In this document: piece by piece, positions 18,400 through 27,796 of the stretch
How the letters are laid out: each line of letters begins with the position of its first letter
Numbering within the stretch: the first letter of the stretch is position 1
Source of the DNA: a virus
Length of the DNA stretch: 64,000 nucleotides
Reading direction: 5' to 3' (one strand)
Virus record (IMG/VR): IMGVR_UViG_3300028844_001691
Span: 1 to 64,000 of that record
Translations under genes and position numbers: made by a program
The notes under the pieces: model-generated
The model's input: the letters and a program-made list of their open reading frames with translations, nothing else
Told to the model about the DNA's origin: nothing
Database searches by the model: none

Positions 18400-18972
18400 A
18401 TGAAACATATTGGTTTACACAAGGACCGCAAGGTCGCAGTAATCTTTAGAACAGTTCCAAATGAAAACCAGAACTGTCTAATTACATATATAGATTCTTT
18501 ACCAGAAATTCCTCGTAATGCAATTAACGAATGTTTAGCATCAGCAGATGGACAAAATTCGCCATCATTCTCTGATGCAGTTTATAGATTTAAAACTACA
18601 ATTGGAGATGGCTTACTTAATACTCTTAATGTAGGAAACATGATGGTTAAGGTTCCAACTGCGGAAGTATTTTTAACACCTAACGATAAGTCAAAAGTAC
18701 AACTGTCAGAGTTGAATGCAGAAATTGGAGACGATGTTCCACAATCTGAATCACCTTCAACACGTGATGTAAGAATGCCTGCTGATACACAGACACCACC
18801 TGCAGGAACTCCAGGAGCATTATCCGATGAGCAAATTGCGGCTAGTTTAAGATCTCAAGCGGCAACAATGCAAAAAGAAGCAACCCGTTTGTTAAAAGAA
18901 GCAGAAGAACTACACCCAGCACCAAAACGTGGTAGAGGGCGTCCTTCAAAGACTCCTTCAGCCGTTAATTAA
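18400..18972 (+). CDS. Hypothetical phage protein with C-terminal AT-hook
   Basis: PKRGRGRPSK near C-terminus. Confidence 0.75.
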   Translation: MKHIGLHKDRKVAVIFRTVPNENQNCLITYIDSLPEIPRNAINECLASADGQNSPSFSDAVYRFKTTIGDGLLNTLNVGNMMVKVPTAEVFLTPNDKSKVQLSELNAEIGDDVPQSESPSTRDVRMPADTQTPPAGTPGALSDEQIAASLRSQAATMQKEATRLLKEAEELHPAPKRGRGRPSKTPSAVN

Positions 18973-18983
18973 CGGAGGCGGAG

Positions 18984-19301
18984 TTGACCAATTCAACCAT
19001 TTGGTTATCTCAAATTATACACCACTGGGAGGATTTGTTTGAAGGAGTTGAATATCAGGATATACCTATCCAGTATGTTCAACGAATGGTTATCCATCTA
19101 AGGAATGGCGAAAACATTGATTTAAACATCAAAGAAGTTGTACAACAACACGGACTTGATTATAAAAAAATGGAAGAAGCCCTAGACGATAAATTAGCCA
19201 AAATTGAAAATAAGATTAAATATGTCGATTGGCATATTGATACATCCAAAGCCGCGGATGTAATTTCCAAAGCAACAAATCAAATCCTAGGAGACCTATA
19301 A
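18984..19301 (+). CDS. Hypothetical phage protein
   Basis: GGAGG SD, TTG start. Confidence 0.7.
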   Translation: MTNSTIWLSQIIHHWEDLFEGVEYQDIPIQYVQRMVIHLRNGENIDLNIKEVVQQHGLDYKKMEEALDDKLAKIENKIKYVDWHIDTSKAADVISKATNQILGDL

Positions 19302-19964
19302 ATGAGTAACGTTAAAATCATAAGTTATAGTAAAGCACCTGACAATATCGAATTAGATAATGTGGAGGATCTTATTGCCTTTTGTGCCAGGGTAAGTAAC
19401 CCTAGTAATCAAATGAATAAGGAAACTAATTCAAAACTAATTAAGTATTTGATTAAACATAAACACTGGTCACCACTTGAAATGGTTAGTGCTTGTTTAG
19501 AGATTCATACCACACGTGATATTGCACACCAAATTGTAAGGCATAGAAGTTTTGCCTTTCAAGAATTTAGTCAACGTTATGCTAATCCAAACGAACAAGC
19601 AGAAATGTTTGAATTACGTGACGCAAGGTTACAAGACACAAAGAATAGACAGAATAGTATTGCCACAGAAAATGTAGAACTTATTCATTCATGGATTGAA
19701 AAGCAACAACAAGTCATCGATAAAGCAAAAGAAGTTTACGATTGGGCTATTGAAAATGATATTGCAAAGGAACAAGCAAGAGTAGTACTTCCGGAAGGAC
19801 TTACTAAAACAACTTTGTATATGAATGGTAGTTTACGTTCGTGGGTACACTACATTGAATTGCGTGGTGCTAATGGTACACAACAAGAACATATGGACAT
19901 TGCTCATGCTTGTGCTAAAGTTATCGCAAATATCTTTCCACTTATAGAAGAAATAAATATATAA
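19302..19964 (+). CDS. thyX: FAD-dependent thymidylate synthase
   Basis: HWSPLE, RHRSFAFQEFSQRY (RHRx7SxR), EQARVVLP. Confidence 0.95.
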   Translation: MSNVKIISYSKAPDNIELDNVEDLIAFCARVSNPSNQMNKETNSKLIKYLIKHKHWSPLEMVSACLEIHTTRDIAHQIVRHRSFAFQEFSQRYANPNEQAEMFELRDARLQDTKNRQNSIATENVELIHSWIEKQQQVIDKAKEVYDWAIENDIAKEQARVVLPEGLTKTTLYMNGSLRSWVHYIELRGANGTQQEHMDIAHACAKVIANIFPLIEEINI

Positions 19965-19965
19965 T

Positions 19966-20493
19966 ATGAACCAGCAAGAACTTAACAAATATTTTTCTAC
20001 AGAATGGCAACCAGAAATGGAAAAGTATGCTTTGTCAGGAATGGATCTTGTACACAAATGTCGTAAAAGAGATTGGGTATTAGATGTTGGCTGTGGATAT
20101 AATCCTTTTAAAGGACACATAAAAAATTTAGTAGCAATAGATCCTGCAAATGATAAAGCAGATGTTGTTACAACTATCGAAGACTTTGAAACAGATAGGC
20201 TATTTGACGTAGCATTTTGTTTAGGTAGTATTAACTTTGGTGACGAAGCAAAAATTCGTACACAAATTGAAAAACTTATTACACATATGCAACCTTCATG
20301 TAAAATATTTTGGCGTTGTAATCCAGGACGTTTTGACCACGGAAATCTAAATACACATAAAGTTAACTTCTTTAATTGGAGTGAACAGTATCATGAAACG
20401 TTTTGTAAAGACTATGGATTTAAATTAGTAGAACTTGGTACTGAAATACCAGACAACGATAAGGTTAGAATTTATGCAGAGTGGAATAGATAA
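19966..20493 (+). CDS. Class I SAM-dependent methyltransferase
   Basis: VLDVGCG motif I, FDVAFCLGS. Confidence 0.8.
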   Translation: MNQQELNKYFSTEWQPEMEKYALSGMDLVHKCRKRDWVLDVGCGYNPFKGHIKNLVAIDPANDKADVVTTIEDFETDRLFDVAFCLGSINFGDEAKIRTQIEKLITHMQPSCKIFWRCNPGRFDHGNLNTHKVNFFNWSEQYHETFCKDYGFKLVELGTEIPDNDKVRIYAEWNR

Positions 20494-21343
20494 TTATCAA
20501 GGTGAAGATCTGATAATCATTACAGGTGCTCCTGGTACTAGATGGAGTGCAAGTATACAATCGATTACAAGTCATCCAAGTATTAACTTGTCAGACCAAA
20601 CAGAAGAACGTTCATATGAACGCACTGCATCATACGAAGATGGTAAGAAAGCAGGTATAGGTTGGCATCGTGGAGTATATTTTGGACCATGCCATGAGTT
20701 TGGTGATACGTTTGACGATTTAGAATCCTGGGATAAAAAAAGTTTACTAGAAGAATTTAAAAAAGCATTTAGTGATTGGGACTATGGCATTAAAATTGTT
20801 AAGAGTCATTGGTTTGCTTATGGATTAGAACATTTACACAAATGTTTTCCTAAGGCTAGAATTATTGCATACTACTTACCAGACGAACTATGTTTACAAT
20901 GGTGGCAAGTTGTAGGTGGATTCGATATAGAATATCCACATTATGATTGGTACAAAAGTCATAAACGTATGCTTGAACAGATTAAAATTGAAAATGCTTG
21001 TTCAATTAAATTTGCCGCTGAAAAGGGTGTACCATTTTTAAGATACAACACTCTTGCTGAAGTACATAAAGCATTAGGAATGGATCCTAGTAAAGTAAGT
21101 TATAAAGATGTATGGGATAGAGATCCTAAAATCCAAACACTAGCAGAACAACTAGGTGATGGTACTTGGGATTTAGATACACAAGAAGGTAGAGATGCAT
21201 ATACAAAACATATGCTCGATGACAGAAGTAAAGCCAACATGGCAATGATTTATAACCCAGAGACGACTTATAGCAATCAAATTATTCCACAAAGTCTAAT
21301 TGATTCTACAGTCAAAGTTATTAACAAATACGGACGAAATTAA
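20474..21343 (+). CDS. P-loop/sulfotransferase-like protein (paralog of 21719..22438)
   Basis: ITGAPGTRWS, KIVKSHWF, GGFDIEYPHY; ATG 20474 preferred. Confidence 0.6.
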   Translation: MQSGIDNYQGEDLIIITGAPGTRWSASIQSITSHPSINLSDQTEERSYERTASYEDGKKAGIGWHRGVYFGPCHEFGDTFDDLESWDKKSLLEEFKKAFSDWDYGIKIVKSHWFAYGLEHLHKCFPKARIIAYYLPDELCLQWWQVVGGFDIEYPHYDWYKSHKRMLEQIKIENACSIKFAAEKGVPFLRYNTLAEVHKALGMDPSKVSYKDVWDRDPKIQTLAEQLGDGTWDLDTQEGRDAYTKHMLDDRSKANMAMIYNPETTYSNQIIPQSLIDSTVKVINKYGRN

Positions 21344-21344
21344 A

Positions 21345-21719
21345 ATGGCTTATAGTAAAAAAGTTTTAGACCATTACGAAAATCCTCGTAATGTAGGCAA
21401 AATGGTTGAAGATAATAATGTTGGAACAGGAATGGTAGGTGCTCCTGCCTGTGGAGATGTTATGCGATTACAAATAAAAGTAAAAGAAGGCGTAATCAAA
21501 GATGCTTGTTTTAAAACATATGGTTGTGGAAGTGCTATTGCTAGTAGCAGTCTTGTAACTGAAATGGTTAAAGGCATGACATTAGATGAAGCATCAGCAG
21601 TTAAGAATATGGACATTGTGGAAGAACTTGCATTGCCTCCAGTAAAGATTCACTGTAGTGTATTGGCAGAAGATGCCATTAAATCAGCAATAGAAAATTA
21701 TAAAAGTAAGAACGTATAA
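21345..21719 (+). CDS. iscU: Fe-S cluster assembly scaffold IscU
   Basis: MAYSKKVLDHYENPRNVG, GAPACGDVM, FKTYGCGSAIAS, LPPVKIHC. Confidence 0.95.
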   Translation: MAYSKKVLDHYENPRNVGKMVEDNNVGTGMVGAPACGDVMRLQIKVKEGVIKDACFKTYGCGSAIASSSLVTEMVKGMTLDEASAVKNMDIVEELALPPVKIHCSVLAEDAIKSAIENYKSKNV

Positions 21720-22438
21720 TGGATGAAAGTAAATTAGTATTTTTCACAGGTGCCCCTGGAAGTAAATGGAGTGCAGTTGCTCATACTATTGCACAAAGTA
21801 ACAAGTATTTGTTTGATACTGGTGACTATGCTCCTGATAGACAATATGCTCACAGTGTTGATAAAGATATAGTTGCTCATAACGGAGCATACTTTGGTCC
21901 CGGTTTTCCTTTTGGAGATAGTTTTGACAAAGTTGCAAAACTACCTAAAGATGAAGTTTATAGAGAAATTGAAGACGCATGGATAACACAGAACGGCGGA
22001 CTTAAAATTATTAAATGTCATCAGTTTAGTATTGACCTAGCAGATATTCACAGAGAGTTTCCAACAAGTAAAATTATTATTTGTTATAGAAACAATGAAG
22101 CCTGTGAAGATGGTTGGTTTGGTGCTGGTGGTTTTAACATTCCTTATCCACAATATAAAGAAGCATATACCAATCGAGAAACAATGATTAAAAAGATAGC
22201 AGAAGAAAATATGCACAACTTGAAGTTCATTAGAGATGAACAACTAGAAATGCACGTTGCTAATCAAGGACACTTTAAAAATTATTGGGGTGTTGATATT
22301 AACGATAAACTAAATGCTAAATTTGTTAAATTGATTGAAGGTATTCCAATGCATTGGGATAGTAAGTTTTCTGAAACTGTTGCCATAAAGGCAAAAAATG
22401 ATGTTCTTATTTCTACATTAGGATTTAAGGAAAGTTAA
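21719..22438 (+). CDS. P-loop/sulfotransferase-like protein
   Basis: FTGAPGSKWS, KIIKCHQF, GGFNIPYPQY. Confidence 0.6.
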   Translation: MDESKLVFFTGAPGSKWSAVAHTIAQSNKYLFDTGDYAPDRQYAHSVDKDIVAHNGAYFGPGFPFGDSFDKVAKLPKDEVYREIEDAWITQNGGLKIIKCHQFSIDLADIHREFPTSKIIICYRNNEACEDGWFGAGGFNIPYPQYKEAYTNRETMIKKIAEENMHNLKFIRDEQLEMHVANQGHFKNYWGVDINDKLNAKFVKLIEGIPMHWDSKFSETVAIKAKNDVLISTLGFKES

Positions 22439-23089
22439 GACTTTATCAAAGTTAGTCTTATTAAAACTTAATTCAAATTTACTACAAACTTTTTTAAAGT
22501 TTTCTTCAGTGAAAAACTTCTCTGGTTCTGTTATGATAATATCATCTTCAGACACAAATCTACTATAATTATCTATAACTCTTTCCAAGTGTTCTAGCAT
22601 ATGCATATAGTTTCCTTCAAATAAATCATAAAACGTTTTACCTTTTTCTTCAGGGTTAACATAGTACTTGGCACTTGTTTGACAATATCTTGCAAGTAGT
22701 CTAGCCTTGTCTTTTGGTATGATTACTATATGCTTTGCACCTTCAAAGAATGCTTTAGTTTTATCTAAAGGACCATGTAATGCATACATCAAATGCTTGG
22801 GTTGAAACTGCTCAATTGGGCCTTTTAGAGCTTCATATTTGCCCGTATACAGCCCTTGACGTTCTGCCATATCAAGTACAGGGGGAATAGTAAAACCGTC
22901 TTTAAAGCGTCTATTCCAGTGAAATTTAGTAAAGTTAGCATCAATACCAAATAGTTCTTTTTCAACATAAGGTTGCCAAGGATGTTCTCCATTAGCAACG
23001 TTGTTATACCAAACAACATCATCAGAACTAGCAAGTAATCTACCTACTTGGTGTCCTTTTGCTCCCATTGGTGCACTAATTACTATCAT
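22418..23089 (-). CDS. Hypothetical protein, possible P-loop/sulfotransferase-like fold
   Basis: N-terminal ISAPMGAKGHQVGRLL. Confidence 0.55.
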   Translation of the reverse strand: MIVISAPMGAKGHQVGRLLASSDDVVWYNNVANGEHPWQPYVEKELFGIDANFTKFHWNRRFKDGFTIPPVLDMAERQGLYTGKYEALKGPIEQFQPKHLMYALHGPLDKTKAFFEGAKHIVIIPKDKARLLARYCQTSAKYYVNPEEKGKTFYDLFEGNYMHMLEHLERVIDNYSRFVSEDDIIITEPEKFFTEENFKKVCSKFELSFNKTNFDKVLTFLKS

Positions 23090-23808
23090 TTTCTTCCTTC
23101 ATAATATAAAATATTATCTTTAGATACTACTTTATCACCTGTTGCAAACCAATCATTATATACGCATATATCTCCCTTAACAATTAGTTCATTCCATTCA
23201 GATATTTGTACATCACAATAATATCTATCGCCGAGTATTGGCAATGATGCTTCTCCATCCATGCCATGTATGATTTTACTTCTGTATTCTTCTACTTTAT
23301 CTATACTATCAAAAACTGTATTAATAGCACAAGGTCCTATTTCTGTCATTCCCCAATTGGACATAAATGTTGCACCTTTGTTTACAAATGCACTTATAAG
23401 ATGCCACGGTACTCTGTCACTACCGCACGTTACCCAAAGTCCTGTTAAGTCTAAGTCTCTCCAGCCTTTAGTTTTTATTATTGCTTTGCCATGGTCTGGT
23501 GTGATATGCGTATGCGTATACTTCGTAACTTCTCTAACAAATCTATAAGCATTAAAATTTTCTATAACAACTTCTGCACCAACACGAATACCAGGTAAAG
23601 TCTGTGCTAACAAACCACCTGCGTGAGTTGTCTTACATATTGTATAAATTTTAGATTTGCTAGTAATCTTTTGACTATCAATAGCAACTTCATCAGCCGC
23701 TTTTAGTTTAGCAGGAGTTTGCTCGATTACTTTTGGAGTTCCTGTTGTGCCACTTGATTGAATACTAGTACCATTGCTGATAATATTTTGAAGTTCGTCT
23801 AGTTGCAT
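23086..23808 (-). CDS. Minimal AMP-binding (ANL adenylate-forming) protein
   Basis: SSGTTGTPK, NWGMTE, ELIVKG, WFATGD, GRK; only 240 aa. Confidence 0.8.
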   Translation of the reverse strand: MQLDELQNIISNGTSIQSSGTTGTPKVIEQTPAKLKAADEVAIDSQKITSKSKIYTICKTTHAGGLLAQTLPGIRVGAEVVIENFNAYRFVREVTKYTHTHITPDHGKAIIKTKGWRDLDLTGLWVTCGSDRVPWHLISAFVNKGATFMSNWGMTEIGPCAINTVFDSIDKVEEYRSKIIHGMDGEASLPILGDRYYCDVQISEWNELIVKGDICVYNDWFATGDKVVSKDNILYYEGRK

Positions 23809-23812
23809 TTAC

Positions 23813-24139
23813 CTATTCTTTTAACATCTTAGTTTGTTTAACAAACGGAGACTTTGTCTCTTTCTTTTCGTTTATTTTCTTTCTTAAACTATCCCAAGCA
23901 GGGTGTGTAGGAACAAAGTCATATAATTTTTCATCATACTTTAATCTAAGTTCTAATAATTTAAAATCAAATAGCGGTGGGCAAATTGCGTGAAGAATAC
24001 TTGCTATACATAATAACAATAAACTCCATGCTTCTTTTAAACTTACCCATGCGTGTTTGAAATATAGAACAACTGCATTAGTTCCACTATTACCACCATG
24101 TGCTTCGGCTTGTCTAAGGTGTTTCCAATTAAACCACAT
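23813..24139 (-). CDS. DUF6356-like small membrane protein
   Basis: HL...YFKH...LHAICPPLF pattern. Confidence 0.55.
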   Translation of the reverse strand: MWFNWKHLRQAEAHGGNSGTNAVVLYFKHAWVSLKEAWSLLLLCIASILHAICPPLFDFKLLELRLKYDEKLYDFVPTHPAWDSLRKKINEKKETKSPFVKQTKMLKE

Positions 24140-24683
24140 TAGCTCTTACCTCCATGTACATTTCTCTATTAAGTTTCCACACCGATTGTCTAGTAAAGTA
24201 TAGTTCCATATCTTTATGATGTTCGACCATTCCTAGTACTTTTAGTCTTTGAAACAAGCGATGTGTCTTGTTCATTTTACCACTAGCATCATTTGTCATG
24301 TTAGTAGTGATATAAATCTCTTTGTCTTCTCCTATAAACTCTAATTGCTTAGGTAATATATGTCTCCATGTTAAAGCATTCATATGATACTTACTTAAAC
24401 CAAATCCATAATGTCCAGGTAACTGTACACCTCTAAACATAACTCTCCATGCATTTTCATTTATTTCTGGTAAAGGGTGGCATCCTGCTAGACTTAATAT
24501 ATCTCCATAGCCTGCCTCTAACCCACCATAAGAAACACAATGCCATATACCGCCTTGTTGACGTAACCATTCATATTTCATTGCTGAAAAGGTATTATTC
24601 ATATACCCTAGTTCTTCACACTTTTTACAGAAGTTTTGTAGACATAAATCCATTTCAGGAGTTAGTTCTTTAATTTGAAACAT
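24129..24683 (-). CDS. Hypothetical protein, possibly GNAT-like
   Basis: LSLAGCH...WRVMFRGVQLPG; ATG 24683 preferred. Confidence 0.5.
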   Translation of the reverse strand: MFQIKELTPEMDLCLQNFCKKCEELGYMNNTFSAMKYEWLRQQGGIWHCVSYGGLEAGYGDILSLAGCHPLPEINENAWRVMFRGVQLPGHYGFGLSKYHMNALTWRHILPKQLEFIGEDKEIYITTNMTNDASGKMNKTHRLFQRLKVLGMVEHHKDMELYFTRQSVWKLNREMYMEVRANVV

Positions 24684-25314
24684 TAAGTAATGTGCCTTCC
24701 TCATAACGTTGTTTCACTGCTTCAAAAGTTTCCCAAGCACATTTAATTCTAAACATTACTCTGAATTCTTTTATCTCATCAACACTATGTAAAACTTTAC
24801 CATTTAGTACATTAGGTACAGTATGATCATATTCATATTCGTAATCTAATTCTGTTTCAATATCTCTGTCTGCATCAGTTCCTTTCCAAAACTTTATACT
24901 ATTAAATCCTGTATCAGGAACTAATGGAAAGAATAAGTTCCAATGCATTTCTCTATCAATATGTTTTTTAAATACAAACCCTGGTTCATATGTCATAAAT
25001 GTACAATCGATTGGCTGTGGTGTTTTTTTAATATGTTTAGTGTTCCCGTTTTTATCTTCTTTAATTAAATCTGCCCAATTAATTTGTTTTATGATATTTT
25101 GTACTGCTGGATATTCAATAAGTTCCTTGCCTTCGTAGTATGGTGCATAAATGGCTCCAAGTCCGTTATCTCCTCTAGGTTGATTACCGAAATTTGGATT
25201 ATATAATTTTTTGTAATCGTTCCATGGAACTTTACAATCTTTTAACTTATCGTATAAGTCTAACAAAGGTTGTTTATCGTATTTCATTTCTTTAATTGTA
25301 AAATGGTGTTGCAT
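24670..25314 (-). CDS. 2OG-Fe(II) oxygenase-like protein
   Basis: KHID...LHSV...RVMF (HxD...H...R). Confidence 0.6.
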   Translation of the reverse strand: MQHHFTIKEMKYDKQPLLDLYDKLKDCKVPWNDYKKLYNPNFGNQPRGDNGLGAIYAPYYEGKELIEYPAVQNIIKQINWADLIKEDKNGNTKHIKKTPQPIDCTFMTYEPGFVFKKHIDREMHWNLFFPLVPDTGFNSIKFWKGTDADRDIETELDYEYEYDHTVPNVLNGKVLHSVDEIKEFRVMFRIKCAWETFEAVKQRYEEGTLLNVSN

Positions 25315-25315
25315 T

Positions 25316-25717
25316 CTATAACCTTTCAATCTTGCTCTGTATTACTCCTATAAGATTAGAAAGACCATTACGTCTTTGAGGAGTAACTAGTTGTATAAAT
25401 CCCAGTGGTTGTAAATCTTCAGCAGTTAATTTCATTGCTTCTTCTTTAGTTGACCCAGTAAATATATCACAAATTATTGTTGTGATTCCTTTTGGTATTA
25501 ATGCATCACTATCGTAATATATGTTTATACCATTTTCTTTAAGTCCTACATCAACCCAAATTTTACTTATACAGCCTGGGACTAACCTATCTTCAGTTCG
25601 CAGTTCTTCTGGAAGTGTTGTCGCTCGTCGGGCGAGATCAACTAGATAAGACAGTTTCTCTTGTCCTTCTAAAAGTTGTAAGTCTTCAGCCCATGCATTA
25701 ATCTTTTTTTGTATCAT
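25316..25717 (-). CDS. sufE: Sulfur-acceptor protein SufE
   Basis: VPGCISKIW, DSDALIPKG, TPQRRNGL. Confidence 0.9.
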   Translation of the reverse strand: MIQKKINAWAEDLQLLEGQEKLSYLVDLARRATTLPEELRTEDRLVPGCISKIWVDVGLKENGINIYYDSDALIPKGITTIICDIFTGSTKEEAMKLTAEDLQPLGFIQLVTPQRRNGLSNLIGVIQSKIERL

Positions 25718-26057
25718 CTACTATTGGTCTTTCGAAAAATTCTTCCTCTTGCCAAGTATCATAAAATGGTGCTTGGGTATAATAAGGATCATTGAAGTTT
25801 GGGTCGTCTACACCTATTACACTTTTTACTTCTTTGATATAGTGTTTAAGCATATTCTCAACACCCATTTTAAGTGTCATTGTACTACTTGCACATCCTG
25901 AACAACTTCCGCTCATAAGCATAGTTGCTAGTCCAGTTTCCATATCAAAATCTTCTAGTGATACAGTGCCACCATGTTGTGCAACATTAGGTTGAATGTT
26001 TTGTTCCACTACTTGGTTTATTTCTTTTACTATTTCTTCTTTTGTTCTTTGAGTCAT
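25698..26057 (-). CDS. NifU C-terminal/NfuA-type Fe-S carrier
   Basis: IQPNVAQHGG, MSGSCSGCASSTMTLKMGVE (CxxC); ATG 26057. Confidence 0.9.
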   Translation of the reverse strand: MTQRTKEEIVKEINQVVEQNIQPNVAQHGGTVSLEDFDMETGLATMLMSGSCSGCASSTMTLKMGVENMLKHYIKEVKSVIGVDDPNFNDPYYTQAPFYDTWQEEEFFERPIVDDTKKD

Positions 26058-26208
26058 TTGCTTTGCCTCTGTTTTTAGATGTATTCTCTTTGTGTGGCAC
26101 AGGTTCAGTTGCACCAGTTAGTTTTTTGAGCCTAGTAAATGCATCTTCATCCATGCCTGCGAAAATCCCTCTTGGGTTTCTCGGTTGTTTGTTTTGTTTG
26201 TTTTTCAT
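25987..26208 (-). CDS. Small basic hypothetical protein
   Basis: TAATG coupling to upstream rSAM gene; overlaps the nfu gene by ~70 bp. Confidence 0.5.
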   Translation of the reverse strand: MKNKQNKQPRNPRGIFAGMDEDAFTRLKKLTGATEPVPHKENTSKNRGKANDSKNKRRNSKRNKPSSGTKHST

Positions 26209-27311
26209 TACTTCCTTTTTGGAATCTTACTGTCAGCACTGCTGACACAACTTGGGGAAATACAAGGCATAGGTTTATCAAATAATTTAAACCCTGTCTC
26301 TATATTTCCTAGTGGACTGTCACTGCAACTATAACTTCTCTTAATTGATCCATCGGGTTCTCTTATTATAATTCCTTGGAACCCTGCGTTACATTTCCAG
26401 CCTGTAAATTTGTTAAAATTAAACGCATTAAAGCGTTCTGCTTGATCCATGTACCATTTCTTGCCTTTATTATCTTCAAACTCAACTTGAAAATGTTGTG
26501 GTACTATGCCATTATCTAATTTCATTTCTGGTAAAGGCTTCCAGTTTGGCTTAGGTCTACTTACATATTTATTTTTTTGTTCTGTATAAGCACGTTGTGG
26601 CATATCATTATACAACTTTTGCTTCATTTCTTCTGTATAACCGTCTACTACTCTACTTGCCGTTGGATCACTTTGCGGCTTTAGTGTTACGTTAATATTT
26701 TGATTATGAAAGAACAATGCATTCTCATAATACTCGTCAAACTTTTCAGGTACCATAACCATATTAATTGTTACTTGTACATCATGTTCTTGACATAGTA
26801 TTAACTTATCTGCAAGGTCCTGCATTTTCTCAGGTGTATCAACGTGTTCAACGTGTAAACTACAAGTAATACTAGCACGGTGAAACTTACTTGCATAGTC
26901 GCAGTATGTTTGAAACCATTTCTTATTACGACTACAATTACTAGTCATATGTACACTTGTATAATTTGTGTTGTGTGTATCGTCACTTAAATGTTTAAGT
27001 ATATCTAAATAGCCAGGATGAAATGTTGGTTCACCTCCACTTAAACTAAAATGAAAACTATTGAAACCATTATCTCTTGCTTGTCTTTTGATCTCATCAA
27101 TAGTTCGTAAACATAATTCAGTTGGGCGATGATCTTTTCTATCACTACGAGCATAGGGCCAGCAATAACTACATTTGTAATTACAGAAGCGTCCTAGCAA
27201 CCAACTTACAGTAAATATATCTCTATGAAGTAAAGTACGTTGTCCTACACTGACTATATCGTCATAGGGTATAGCACTAAAATCGTATGCACTTGTTTTT
27301 AAATCACTCAT
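26208..27311 (-). CDS. Radical SAM protein, type C (C-terminal Cys-rich domain)
   Basis: CNYKCSYC, SGGEPT, C-terminal KCNAG...DGSIKRSYSC...LGNI...PCISPSC. Confidence 0.9.
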   Translation of the reverse strand: MSDLKTSAYDFSAIPYDDIVSVGQRTLLHRDIFTVSWLLGRFCNYKCSYCWPYARSDRKDHRPTELCLRTIDEIKRQARDNGFNSFHFSLSGGEPTFHPGYLDILKHLSDDTHNTNYTSVHMTSNCSRNKKWFQTYCDYASKFHRASITCSLHVEHVDTPEKMQDLADKLILCQEHDVQVTINMVMVPEKFDEYYENALFFHNQNINVTLKPQSDPTASRVVDGYTEEMKQKLYNDMPQRAYTEQKNKYVSRPKPNWKPLPEMKLDNGIVPQHFQVEFEDNKGKKWYMDQAERFNAFNFNKFTGWKCNAGFQGIIIREPDGSIKRSYSCSDSPLGNIETGFKLFDKPMPCISPSCVSSADSKIPKRK

Positions 27312-27453
27312 CTTTTATCTTTATATGTTGATAATCTATATACTGTGAACACCACTCATAAAAATGTTTATCTGTATCAGGCCAACACTCGGCAAATACC
27401 GGATCTTTTCTGTGTTCTTTAAACTCTGCTCTTACTTCTTTTTCACTCAGCAT
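27304..27453 (-). CDS. 49-aa peptide MLSEKEVRAEFKEHRKDPVFAECWPDTDKHFYEWCSQYIDYQHIKIKDE (not in ORF track)
   Basis: Fills the gap exactly and overlaps both neighbours. Confidence 0.75.
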   Translation of the reverse strand: MLSEKEVRAEFKEHRKDPVFAECWPDTDKHFYEWCSQYIDYQHIKIKDE

Positions 27454-27796
27454 CTAATCTACTTTTCTTTAAATTCTTAACCAATGCACCATAATTTGTA
27501 TTATGCATTCTACTTTGTTTTGTTGTTTCATAAAATGGTTTGCTACACATTCTTGTACAAGCCGGCATTGGATTATTTGTAAAAGATTGTTCTATCATAT
27601 AACTTGCTTCACTACGATTAATTTCATCTAATGTTCCACTTGTGATATGAAGTTGTTCTAGTTTATCGCCAACTACTTTTTTTAGTTGTAAAAACTCAGG
27701 TTCGCCTGCTACATGACAACAAGGTACAATATATCCATCTACTCTCATAGCAGGTACTTGGTCATCTCTGTGTTTACACTTTGGAAAAATAGTCAT
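27443..27796 (-). CDS. Stand-alone twitch/SPASM-like Fe-S domain
   Basis: PKC...VDGYIVPCC...TLDEI...CTRMC; AAGGA SD. Confidence 0.8.
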   Translation of the reverse strand: MTIFPKCKHRDDQVPAMRVDGYIVPCCHVAGEPEFLQLKKVVGDKLEQLHITSGTLDEINRSEASYMIEQSFTNNPMPACTRMCSKPFYETTKQSRMHNTNYGALVKNLKKSRLDAE

